Source: an uncultured Clostridium sp.
GTDB lineage: Bacteria; Bacillota; Clostridia; TANB77; CAG-508
NCBI GenBank assembly: GCA_902491155.1
Contig: CABUGH010000001.1
Span: 28,177-92,176 of the forward strand
Direction: 5' to 3'
DNA: 64,000 nucleotides
Part shown: piece by piece, positions 52,974 to 62,900 of the stretch
Numbering within the stretch: position 1 is the first letter of the stretch
Layout of the letters: every line of letters starts with the position of its first letter
Translations under genes and position numbers: made by a program
Notes under the pieces: generated by a model
The model's input: only the letters and a program-made list of their open reading frames with translations
Told to the model about the DNA's origin: nothing
Databases searched by the model: none

Positions 52974-54104
52974 TTATTTTAATGCATCAAAAGTAATCTC
53001 AACTGCTTTTTCTATAATATCTTTTTCTTCCTCTGATAAATTTTCTAATTTCATTTTTTCATTTATTTTTTTTGCAAACAATCCCTTTAAAGTATTTTCA
53101 TTTGATAATTGTTCCAAACTATAATTAATTTTTGTTTTATTTTTTATTTTAATTACTTTGTCATTTTGAATAACTTTATATAAACTATTTGGATTTATTT
53201 CAAAATTCCTTTTTCCAATTAAAATAATTTTTACAAATTCATTCTGGTTAAAATCTTCCCTGTTTATTTTTTCTATTAATTCTTCAATTGATAAAATATT
53301 TGTTACATCAATTTCTCTTTCTACAAATCTTTTATCATCCAAAGAAATAAATTGTAAATTAACATTAGAATTATTTTTCTCTTTATGAACATCACCTACA
53401 ATCATACCATGTTCTCCAAGTTCATCAAATCCCATTGAAACAGTAGACCCTGGATATACAATTTTTTGGTTAGGTATATCATTATAATATAATTTATGAA
53501 TATGTCCTAAAGCCACATAATCAAATCCTTTATCTTCCAATACTTTTTCTGAAATAGGATTATAATTATTATCTTTTAAAACTGCACCATTTAATGTTCC
53601 ATGAACTACTAAAATGTTTATTTTATTAGGATTTTCTATACATAAATTTTCCACTCCACAACCATCACAATAAAAATTATCAAACCCAAAACCATAAATA
53701 TCAACCTCATCAAAAGAAACCTTTTCCATTTTTGATCCAAAAATTTTCACATTATCGCTCCATCTATATTGACTATAATAAGAATTCTTTAAAAAAGGAT
53801 CATGATTACCTGGTGTAATAAATATTTTAGTATTAGCTATTTCTTCAAATAAATTATTTACATATTGAATTGTAGATTTTTTTACAAATTTATTTTCGTA
53901 TAAATCTCCAGAAATAAATAAATATGGTATTTGGCTATCTTTTACATAATCTACAATCTTTCTAAATACTCGTCTTTGATCTAATCTTCTTAAATCTCCA
54001 AAACCTTCTCTATCAGACAAATTAACAAATGGACTATCAAAATGTGTATCTGCAATATGTACAAATTTCATACCTTCACTCCCTTTAATATCTCTCATTT
54101 TCAT
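52974..54104 (-). CDS. SbcD/YhaO-like calcineurin-type metallophosphoesterase (DNA repair exonuclease)
   Basis: The motifs HIADTHFD, GDL, GNHD and GH.H are present. The gene is translationally coupled to the ATPase downstream. Confidence 0.8.
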   Translation of the reverse strand: MKMRDIKGSEGMKFVHIADTHFDSPFVNLSDREGFGDLRRLDQRRVFRKIVDYVKDSQIPYLFISGDLYENKFVKKSTIQYVNNLFEEIANTKIFITPGNHDPFLKNSYYSQYRWSDNVKIFGSKMEKVSFDEVDIYGFGFDNFYCDGCGVENLCIENPNKINILVVHGTLNGAVLKDNNYNPISEKVLEDKGFDYVALGHIHKLYYNDIPNQKIVYPGSTVSMGFDELGEHGMIVGDVHKEKNNSNVNLQFISLDDKRFVEREIDVTNILSIEELIEKINREDFNQNEFVKIILIGKRNFEINPNSLYKVIQNDKVIKIKNKTKINYSLEQLSNENTLKGLFAKKINEKMKLENLSEEEKDIIEKAVEITFDALK

Positions 54105-54237
54105 ATACTATAAAATTTCTAAAATCTCTTCATGTAATGCGAACATTTGTATTGTATCATATTTATAAAAAAAGTCAAGAAAAAAGTAGAAATTTTTTAT
54201 CATTTCTACTTTTTTAATCTAAATTAAACTTATAATA

Positions 54238-56257
54238 TCATTCATCAATTGGTCCAAATAATTCATCAAACTTGGCCTCAAGTTCTTTCTGTAAATCATA
54301 TTCATCATCTTGTGGAAGTACAGGGGCCTCATCTCCAAAATCTTCTAAAGAAGTAACATTTGTACCGACTTTTACTGGTATTTTTTCTTCTATTTTGTCA
54401 ACATTTTGGGCAAGAGATTCTTTTTTCACATCTTCATCATCTTCAAACAAATCATCTAAAGATTCTACTTTTAAATCTTCAACTTTTTGTTCTTCGCTTT
54501 CTGGTACATATGGATTATATGGATTATACTTTCTCCATCCTCCTCTTTGTATTTCTCCAATATCATTATGACTAATTTCATGACTAGCTAATTCCTTTGC
54601 CATAGGATGTTTAAAATAATAAAATTTTGGTGCTTTTACAGGTTTCAAACCTTTAACAAATATAATACATTGATCTATATCCATTCTACGCAACTCATCC
54701 GGAGTCATTAAAGCACGCGCCATAACTTGATCTGATATGCTCTTTCCTGTTTTATGGTTTTCTTTATCCTTACTTATTGAAATACTATCTCTGCCTATTG
54801 TTTTCTCACCTAATTGCTTTGAAAAATATTCAACAGTTTTAAAAGAGTTACTTCCCAAAAATAAATGTGTATCACAATTTCCCATTATAGTCTCATAAGA
54901 TTTTTCATAAACAGCCTCTAATTGATCTACATTTTGTAAAATTACACTAAATGAAATTTTTCTACTTCTTGAAGTTGAAATTTTTTTATCAAAATCAGGT
55001 ATTTTTCCTATATTTGCAAATTCATCTAATATAAAAAATGTTTGTTCCTTCAATTTTCCACCATTTTGGTCAGCATAATCATATAATTGTTGTATCATTT
55101 GTGAAAAAAATATTGTTAGCAAAAAGTCATATGCAGTATGTGTATCAGAAGAAATTACATAAACTGCTGTCTTTTGATTTCCGATCTCTTCAAAGTCAAT
55201 TGTATCTGTAGATGTTAATTCAGCTATTTCCTTAGAATCAAATTTACCTAGTTTTGATTGTAAAGTACTTAAAATAGAACTATATGTTTTTTCTGGTGCA
55301 ATTTCAATAGATTTATAATACATCCTAGCAGGATGATCATATGGTAAAGCACTAATTAACTCTGTTAATAAATTACTCCCTCCATTTGAGTTTGCCGCTC
55401 TAACTAATTCCGCACAGCTAGCCAAATTTTGTTCTTCCTTTGGTCTTGTTGCCAATAAATAATAAATCAAAGCTTTTAACAGCATTTCCGCTGAATCATC
55501 CCAAAAAGGTTCAGAACTCCCTCCATCTGTTTTTTGACCTCTAATAATGGTATTTGCAATTACATCGACATCGATTTCTGAAGATATGTGCATTAATGGA
55601 TTATATCCATCACTATATTGAGGCCTTACTAAATTTAAAACTTTAATTTTATAACCATGATCTTTTAAATATCCTGCTGTTCTATCATACAATTCACCTT
55701 TTGGATCTGTAAAAACATATGAACCAAGCATTTGATATGCATTTGGAATTGAATATGATGCTGATTTACCAGAACCAGAACCGTCCAACTACCAACACAT
55801 TTACATTTCCTCTTTTATCTACAGGTAAATAATTATTTTCCGCTAAAATAATTCCTTTGTTTTTATTTAATATAGCATATTGTTCACCATGTTGACTCCA
55901 ATCACTTGAACCATGTTCTATATCTGTATATTCACTCTTGGGCGCAGACTTAAAAACGCCAATAATAAAAGCCACAATATAAATAATTGTAAATCCCAAT
56001 AATGTAGATAAAAAATTACTTACTGCACCATTAGAAAATATACTTCCAAATGATTTAAAAGGATGAATTATATTTTTTGTAAAATTACTCAAAAACAAAG
56101 CAAGATCAAATGTATCACCTTTTCCCACTTGAAAAATAGAATACGAAAAAGGCGAAATAAATATTAAGACTAAAATAAGCCATAATATTCCGCCAACAAT
56201 AAACTTTTTCCTATTCTTTTTTAATGCACCTTCTATTTTATAGTTCATTAATATCAC
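54238..56257 (-). pseudogene. Type IV secretion coupling protein (VirD4/TraG/TraD family), frameshifted into two ORFs (55766-56257 N-terminal TM part; 54238-55788 ATPase part)
   Basis: The N-fragment has two TM helices and ends ...NVNVLVVG. The C-fragment begins in the +1 frame with DGSGSGKS (Walker A), then DPKGELY..NPL and DEF (Walker B), and ends in an acidic tail. The two ORFs overlap by 23 nt. Confidence 0.75.
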
Positions 56258-56278
56258 CTACTCTTTTGTTAATAACTC

Positions 56279-56650
56279 TTAACCTCTATCTATTTCTGAT
56301 TTATTATTTGATTCAATAACTTTAATACTTTTACCTCTGTTTTTACGTTGTTCATCAATTTTTTTAAACAATTCTGCATTAGCTTCTATAACTTGACCAT
56401 CAACTATTCTAATAGCTAGACCTGTTTCTGAATCATATCTACATTCATTATCTCTAGCCACAGTTTGCACTAGTTCTTCCACAATATGTTCTGCAATATC
56501 ATCTTTTTGTGCTATAGCTTGTACTTTTGTTGCATCCCCTGGTCTTTGACCATTTTTTAATTCATTTTGTACTTCTGCAAGTATAGAACAAACAATTTGT
56601 ATTCTCATTTTTCCATCATCTTTTTGAGATTCTGTGCTCGCATTTACCAT
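56279..56650 (-). CDS. Hypothetical protein (123 aa)
   Basis: The ORF lies adjacent to the coupling-protein gene on the same strand. No family was recognised. Confidence 0.4.
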   Translation of the reverse strand: MVNASTESQKDDGKMRIQIVCSILAEVQNELKNGQRPGDATKVQAIAQKDDIAEHIVEELVQTVARDNECRYDSETGLAIRIVDGQVIEANAELFKKIDEQRKNRGKSIKVIESNNKSEIDRG

Positions 56651-56664
56651 TTAAAACTTCCTCC

Positions 56665-57189
56665 TTAATAATCTTTTTTGTCTCTGATTTCAAAGGCAAA
56701 ATAAGATTTATATGGTTTTAATTTACACTTACCTTTCACTTCATTTGTTTTTTCATCAAAATAAAGAACTGGCTTTACCTCTTCTGTATTTTCTGGATCT
56801 ATAATACATATAGGTCTTTTCAAATTTGGCGTATAGCGAAAATCTTTATATTCTGTTTCTGTTTCAGTATACAAACTATCAAGCTTTAGTGGCATTGGCT
56901 TTTTAGAAATAGAAATCTTATTTTCTTCCAAAATTGCCATATTTACAACAACTCGTTCTTTTGCAAAAGACAAAATTACCAATTGGTCTTCATTTTCTGA
57001 TGGATTGTCTACATAAAATGTCTTTCTAATATTTTCACCTCTTAATTCTTCAGAAAAATCTAATCTTTGTATTGTATATTTTGGTGAATCTGGTAAAAAT
57101 TCTTTTTCTGTTTTATTTACTTGGTATATTACTGTTCTAACACCTTTAGGATCTGTTATACTAAAGTGTTTTCCTTGCCACATATCCAT
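56665..57189 (-). CDS. Hypothetical protein (174 aa)
   Basis: No family was recognised. It sits in the same strand block as the T4CP remnant. Confidence 0.4.
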   Translation of the reverse strand: MDMWQGKHFSITDPKGVRTVIYQVNKTEKEFLPDSPKYTIQRLDFSEELRGENIRKTFYVDNPSENEDQLVILSFAKERVVVNMAILEENKISISKKPMPLKLDSLYTETETEYKDFRYTPNLKRPICIIDPENTEEVKPVLYFDEKTNEVKGKCKLKPYKSYFAFEIRDKKDY

Positions 57190-57311
57190 TTATGACACCC
57201 CTCTTCTATGATTATATACATAGCTTGTCTTTTGCATGCCCACTTCTAATTATACTCAAAAACAAGCTTTTTGTCAACACAAAATTATGTTAATTTATTT
57301 AATATTATATA

Positions 57312-58181
57312 TTATACTTGCTCTCTTGGATTAAAAGAAGAAACTTCTTGTAATTTTTTATAAAGTTCTTCCTCCTCTTTTGTCAATTCACGTGGTACTA
57401 TAATCTTAACTTCGGCAACTAAATCGCCTCGTTTTCCTTGTTCATTATAATAACCTTTATTAGGAATTTTTAATCTTTCGCCACTCTGAATTCCTTTAGG
57501 TATATATATTTTAGTTTCACTATCAATTGTAGAAAGAGTTACTCTAGCTCCTAAACTTGCTTCTGATGGAGTAATCAATAAGTCTGTATATAAATCCACA
57601 CCATCCAATTTAAATTTTTTATTATTTTGAATATCAATCTTTATATACAAATCTCCATTTTTTCCGCCATTCCTTCCATTTTTGCCTTGCCCTATTAGCC
57701 TTATCTTTTCACCATCTTTTATACCTTTTGGTATATTAATAGTAAAAACTTTACTCTTTCCAGTTACATCTTTTAGTGCTATCTTTTTTTCAGTACCGAA
57801 ATATGCCTCTTCCAAAGGTATTTTTATTTCTGTTTCTACATCTTCACCACGAATAGAGCTTAATGTTTGAGTCTTTTCGAAATTATTATCTACACTTCCT
57901 AAAAAAATTTGAAAAATAGATTCCTTTCCCTTTAAATCTTTTTGTTTCATTTTTATATTATGAGAATTCCAAGTTCTATCATACTTTCTTTTTGTAGATG
58001 GAACTGATAATATTCTATAAGCTTCATTAATATCCTTAATTTTCTCTTCTGCTTTATCATCACCAATATTTAAATCTGGGTGATACTTTTTAGCAGCAAT
58101 TCTATAAGCCGATTTTATTTCATCTATTGATACTCTAGTTGTTTCCAACCCTAGCAAATTATAATAATCTTTAAATATCAT
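57312..58181 (-). CDS. J-domain protein (CbpA/DnaJ-like, no zinc finger)
   Basis: The N-terminal J domain carries the HPD motif (YYNLLGL...KKYHPDLN). The DnaJ C-terminal beta domains are present but a Cys-rich region is absent. Confidence 0.8.
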   Translation of the reverse strand: MIFKDYYNLLGLETTRVSIDEIKSAYRIAAKKYHPDLNIGDDKAEEKIKDINEAYRILSVPSTKRKYDRTWNSHNIKMKQKDLKGKESIFQIFLGSVDNNFEKTQTLSSIRGEDVETEIKIPLEEAYFGTEKKIALKDVTGKSKVFTINIPKGIKDGEKIRLIGQGKNGRNGGKNGDLYIKIDIQNNKKFKLDGVDLYTDLLITPSEASLGARVTLSTIDSETKIYIPKGIQSGERLKIPNKGYYNEQGKRGDLVAEVKIIVPRELTKEEEELYKKLQEVSSFNPREQV

Positions 58182-58246
58182 TGAACATCCTCCAAGTATA
58201 AATTGGTATTTCTATTATACCATAAATCTGAAAAAAATCTATACTT

Positions 58247-59686
58247 TTATTTATTTTTTTCAGATTTCACATAATCCTTCGCAATTTCAAAGAATTTCAT
58301 ACCATTTGAAGCCTTAAAAAGAATTACATCACCAGATTTAACATTATCAATCAAGTATTTTAATATCTCATCTTTATTCTCAAAATAATACGCTTTTTTG
58401 CTATCAAGACTAACTTTTTTCACTTGTTCAAAAATAAATTTAGCATTATCACCACAACATAATAAAATATCAACATCACTATCTAATACAGCATCACCTA
58501 TTTTTCTATGCATTTCTTCAGCAAAATTACCCAACTCAAAAACATCACCTAATACAGCAATTTTTCTTCTTCCCTTATACTCATCCAAGCACCTCAAAAC
58601 AGCTGTAATAGACTCAAAACTTGCATTATAAGCATCATTTATAACTGTAACACCATTTTTTAAATTTTCAACTTCCATTCTTTTTTTGGTCAAAGAAAAA
58701 CTCTCTATCCCATTTTTTATTTTCTCATTCTCTATACCTAAAATCTTTCCGACAAGAGTCGCACATAAAGCATTATATACAAAATGTACTCCACCAACAG
58801 GAACTTTAACTAAAAAAGATTTTTCTATTCCATTTTCAACCACATGACAATTAAACTCACTACTATTTTCTTCTAATATTATATTATCTGCCCAAACCTC
58901 ACCACGATTCTCAATTCCAAAACAGTGAATTTTTAATTCTCCATTATTTAAATTTTCCTTATTCCATTCATCTAGTAAATCATTATCACAATTAATAATT
59001 ATTTCTTTTTTTTGCATTCCCTCCAATATTTCCAATTTTGATTTTAATATATTTTCCCTTGAACCCAAATTACCAATATGTGAAGTTCCTATATTCGTTA
59101 TTACTGCCAAATTAGGCTTTGCAATATTAGTTAAAACTCTAATCTCGCCAAAATGATTCATCCCCATTTCAACTACAGCAACCTCTTCGTCAGTTAATCT
59201 AAGTAAAGTCAATGGTACACCTATATGATTATTATAATTTCCCATTGTTTTTAAAGTTTTATATTTTTGCGAAACAACACTAGCTATCATATCTTTTGTG
59301 CTAGTTTTTCCAACACTACCAGTAATAGCAATCACTTTTAAATCTTTTCCATATAAATCCCTTTTATATGTGGCAATTTTCTGTAAAGCTTCCAAGGTAT
59401 TATCTACAACTATAATCGTTTTATTAGACCATTTTCTTAATGCCTCTTTGTCTAACTTTATCTTATTTATAATAACTACCTCTCCACCATTTTTAAAAGC
59501 TTCTTCCCAATATTGGCTACCATCTATTGTATCAGCTTTTATTCCAATATAAGTATCACTTTTTCTCATAATACGTGTATCATAATTAAATTCACCACAA
59601 ACAAATTCCAAATCCCCCTGCAATAGATCTCCTCCAGTTATTTTTAAAATATCTTTTACTTTTAATTCTTTCAACATATTATTCAA
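58247..59686 (-). CDS. murF: UDP-N-acetylmuramoyl-tripeptide--D-alanyl-D-alanine ligase
   Basis: The Mur ligase P-loop ITGSVGKTSTKDMIASV and the domain order match MurF. The ORF is 479 aa. Confidence 0.85.
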   Translation of the reverse strand: MNNMLKELKVKDILKITGGDLLQGDLEFVCGEFNYDTRIMRKSDTYIGIKADTIDGSQYWEEAFKNGGEVVIINKIKLDKEALRKWSNKTIIVVDNTLEALQKIATYKRDLYGKDLKVIAITGSVGKTSTKDMIASVVSQKYKTLKTMGNYNNHIGVPLTLLRLTDEEVAVVEMGMNHFGEIRVLTNIAKPNLAVITNIGTSHIGNLGSRENILKSKLEILEGMQKKEIIINCDNDLLDEWNKENLNNGELKIHCFGIENRGEVWADNIILEENSSEFNCHVVENGIEKSFLVKVPVGGVHFVYNALCATLVGKILGIENEKIKNGIESFSLTKKRMEVENLKNGVTVINDAYNASFESITAVLRCLDEYKGRRKIAVLGDVFELGNFAEEMHRKIGDAVLDSDVDILLCCGDNAKFIFEQVKKVSLDSKKAYYFENKDEILKYLIDNVKSGDVILFKASNGMKFFEIAKDYVKSEKNK

Positions 59687-59774
59687 GACCTTTCTTAACT
59701 TTATATAAATATAGTTTATTTTATTTTTTTCATTTTATTATAAAAAACAAGAAAAATCAAGCATTCAATTTTAG

Positions 59775-59925
59775 AACAAAAGTGGACATTAATAATATTA
59801 GCACTTATTAGAACATTTTAAAGTCCGCGTCTTTGTTCTCGCACAGAAATTTGCTTTGCAAATTTCTGTGCATTGTTATTTTTTATATTATATGGAAGTT
59901 CTTTGAACTTCCATATAATATAAAA
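59775..59925 (+). ncRNA. Conserved ~150-nt structured intergenic element, copy 2
   Basis: This region is homologous to 38645-38790. Hairpin 1 is perfect here (GCACAGAAAUUUGC/GCAAAUUUCUGUGC) and hairpin 2 is a perfect 13-bp palindrome (TATATGGAAGTTC ttt GAACTTCCATATA). The 6-bp helix has a compensatory change to GUGGAC/GUCCGC. Confidence 0.5.
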
Positions 59926-59958
59926 AAAGACCTAGCATAAAACTAGATCTTTTATCAA
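59925..59958. terminator. Bidirectional terminator (AGACCTAG-cataaaa-CTAGATCT) flanked by A- and T-runs
   Basis: It lies directly downstream of the giant surface protein gene, with TTTTTTT on the minus strand after the stem. Confidence 0.6.
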
Positions 59959-59959
59959 A

Positions 59960-62900
59960 TTACTTTAATGCTTTTTTCTTAATGATTATTATTCCTACTG
60001 CCAAAACAACTAATACTGTTATTCCTAATACAGTATATAGAATTAAACTTTTTGAAATACCCGTTGGTGGATGTATAATAATATCTTCTGGATAATGGAA
60101 ATCTGGTTCCTTATTTGTACCCGGATTTTTATTATTTACATCTGCTGGATCTGGTTGATTTGGATTAAAGTTACCTAATGTTTCTCCAAAAGTCCCATTA
60201 GTATCTTGCTTATAAATCTCTCTACCCCATGTCTTTGTAACTTCAACAATTTCAGTCCAATCAGAATATTTCATATCATCCTGTGTAGGAGTTAATGTTC
60301 TATTTACTAATAGTTTTGTAGGTTGACTTGTTTGACCAGGTTTAAGTGCTGACCTGTCAAAATATTGTCCTAATAAAACTGTTGTATATGTAGAATCATT
60401 CGTACTAGAATTTGTCAATTTTTCCTTTACATCTTCTGCTATCCATTTACTAGCATCTGTTTTCCAATTCATCTTATTCCATTTGTAATCACTATTCTTT
60501 GTTGAATCAGTCAACATTTGGCTATTATCATCATAGAATAATTCATTATCAACATAGTTTATCATATTAGAAACTGTAACTCGTACAATATTACTATCCG
60601 TACCCCTAGTTCCATTTCTATAATAATCTTTAGTATTATAATCAAGTTCACTTTTATTAGTTACTGTAAATCCATACTCTACATACAATTCTGCTCTTTG
60701 TAAAATTTCAGAATCCAATTCCATCTCTAATGAACCTTTTACAGCTTTTTGTGTCTTGCTAGTTCTTCCTGTTGATGGCAAATATTTTACATTAGGTACA
60801 TTCATATCTGCACTAGGTACAATTTCTTTTATAGTATTTCCATCACTTGATTTTAATAATATTTTATTTATCTTATCATCAACTTGTACTTTATATCTCG
60901 CTCTTTCTACAATTCCAAAATCAATATTATTAATTGTGTAATCAGGTTCTGCTGCATTTTCTGCATTTTCAGTAAACCTATTATCTTTTTCATATAAGAA
61001 TTCCATACTTGGTGTAAATGCATCTATTTTTAAATTAGAATCAATACTTGTATCATATTTTAAATGTTGAACATTATCACCATTAGCCCAAGTCTTTTCT
61101 ATATCTGTCCTTTTTTTAGAACCATCATTTAGCATTGATAATTTATAATACTCATCAAAATTATCATAAACATCCATTGCATCAGAATATCTTGTATTTA
61201 CATTTTCTTTATACCAATTAACATTATGTGATTTATAATTACTGCTCTCTCTATTTTTATCATAGATAGTTGCCTGATATTGTTGCACTGGATATTGAGC
61301 ATTTCCATATTGATAAACAACTACATAATTACCTGGAAGAAATCCCGACAATTCATATGAACCATCATTTTTTGTTTCAGTAGTCAACTCTGAAATTCCA
61401 CTATCTGCGTATCTATATGCAACATTAGCAACATTGCTATTTGCACCAATATCTATTAGTTTTACTTTTACACCACTAACTCTTTTTGTATCTTGACTAT
61501 TTAAGATTCCGTCACCTTTTCTTTCTTGACCTTCCTTAAATTCTTGATCTGTATGATCTTCAAACACTACACCACTTGTAATTCTGGTTTTACTTGAAAT
61601 CATCAAATTAACATCTGGTGCCCAACCCAAATCATCTTCAACAGTTTGAAGTCTTCTACTTGGATCTGCATTTCCAACAGCAGAATCATTATCTATAGCT
61701 GTATATGGTTTTCCATTTTTTTGTGCAGAACATGAATTTATTTCACTAACATTAGCTGCAATATTCACACCCTGACCAGGATTTAAGTTTACTAAACTTA
61801 ATAATTTTTCTTGATTAACTTGATATCTTACATATATTGTAGTATTTGAACCAATATTAATATTTACTTTATTGTATTCATTATTATATTTTTCAACACT
61901 ACTATATTGAACTCCTTGTCCATAATTAATCACACCTGCATTTTTATCAATACTTGCACTATTTGATACACCTACTAACGTTAATCCACTATCAAAGTAA
62001 TTTACAATATTATTAACTGTTGTATTTATTGATGTATTCTGGTTTTGAACCACTATCTCATATGTCAAATATAATTTTAATGATTCTTGGTTTTGATTAT
62101 TATATAAAATATCTGACTTATATAATTCTCTTTCAAGTGATTTGTTATAAACATCACTCATTCTAACTTTTATATCAAAATTATCATTTCTATTATATTC
62201 ATAAACATGTGAATACGTTTTACCATAATCTTGTCTTGTTAAATCAACTTGAGCTGCATATAATTTATCTTTTATTGCCATATCTGGTAAATCTCTTTCA
62301 TAGATTCCAAAATTTACGTTTGAAATAGTTTTATCAACAATATTTTGCTTAGAAAGATCATATTTAGCATTTTGTGTACTAGCAGTTATATGATATTTAT
62401 CATTTGCATAATAAGTATTGTCATAAGAATGACCCTTATCATCTTTTGCATTTGTTTCATAAATTACCTTACTTTCATATCTACCCTCATTTGGATATTG
62501 AGAATATTTATATTCAACAGTACTTCCAGATACACTATTATTAATACTTCTTCCATTAGCATCTATCTTTGAATTTGATGTTACAGTTGAATACTTCCAA
62601 TTCATATATGATCTATCTTCTGAAGATTCTGAGGCCTTTGAACCATTATTTGCAAAACTTGTTGCAACATTTTCGTATTTAATACCATTATATTCAAATA
62701 TTACTTTATAACTACTCAATTCAGTTTTTGCTATTTTCAAATCTTCTCCATAGAATTTATATTTACCATCTTTTCCTGTTGAATTTCCTCTACTATCATA
62801 TCCAGAAGAAACTTCAGCAACTTTTTCATCACCCTTTTTCAAGATAACTCTAACACCATTTATGCCTTCGCCATCTTCACAAATATCATTTCTAATATTA

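Noticed and set aside
51017-54104. The SbcCD-like pair considered as a dedicated anti-phage system (Lamassu-, Gabija- or Wadjet-like)
   Set aside because: It lacks the partner genes of those systems, and its architecture fits the conserved YhaO/YhaN repair pair better. It is retained only as a low-priority finding.
58233-58276. 14-bp inverted repeat AAATCTGAAAAAAA/TTTTTTTCAGATTT spanning the murF stop codon
   Set aside because: The arms are entirely A/T-rich and partly coding. It is likely a weak terminator or chance palindrome in a genome of about 27% GC.
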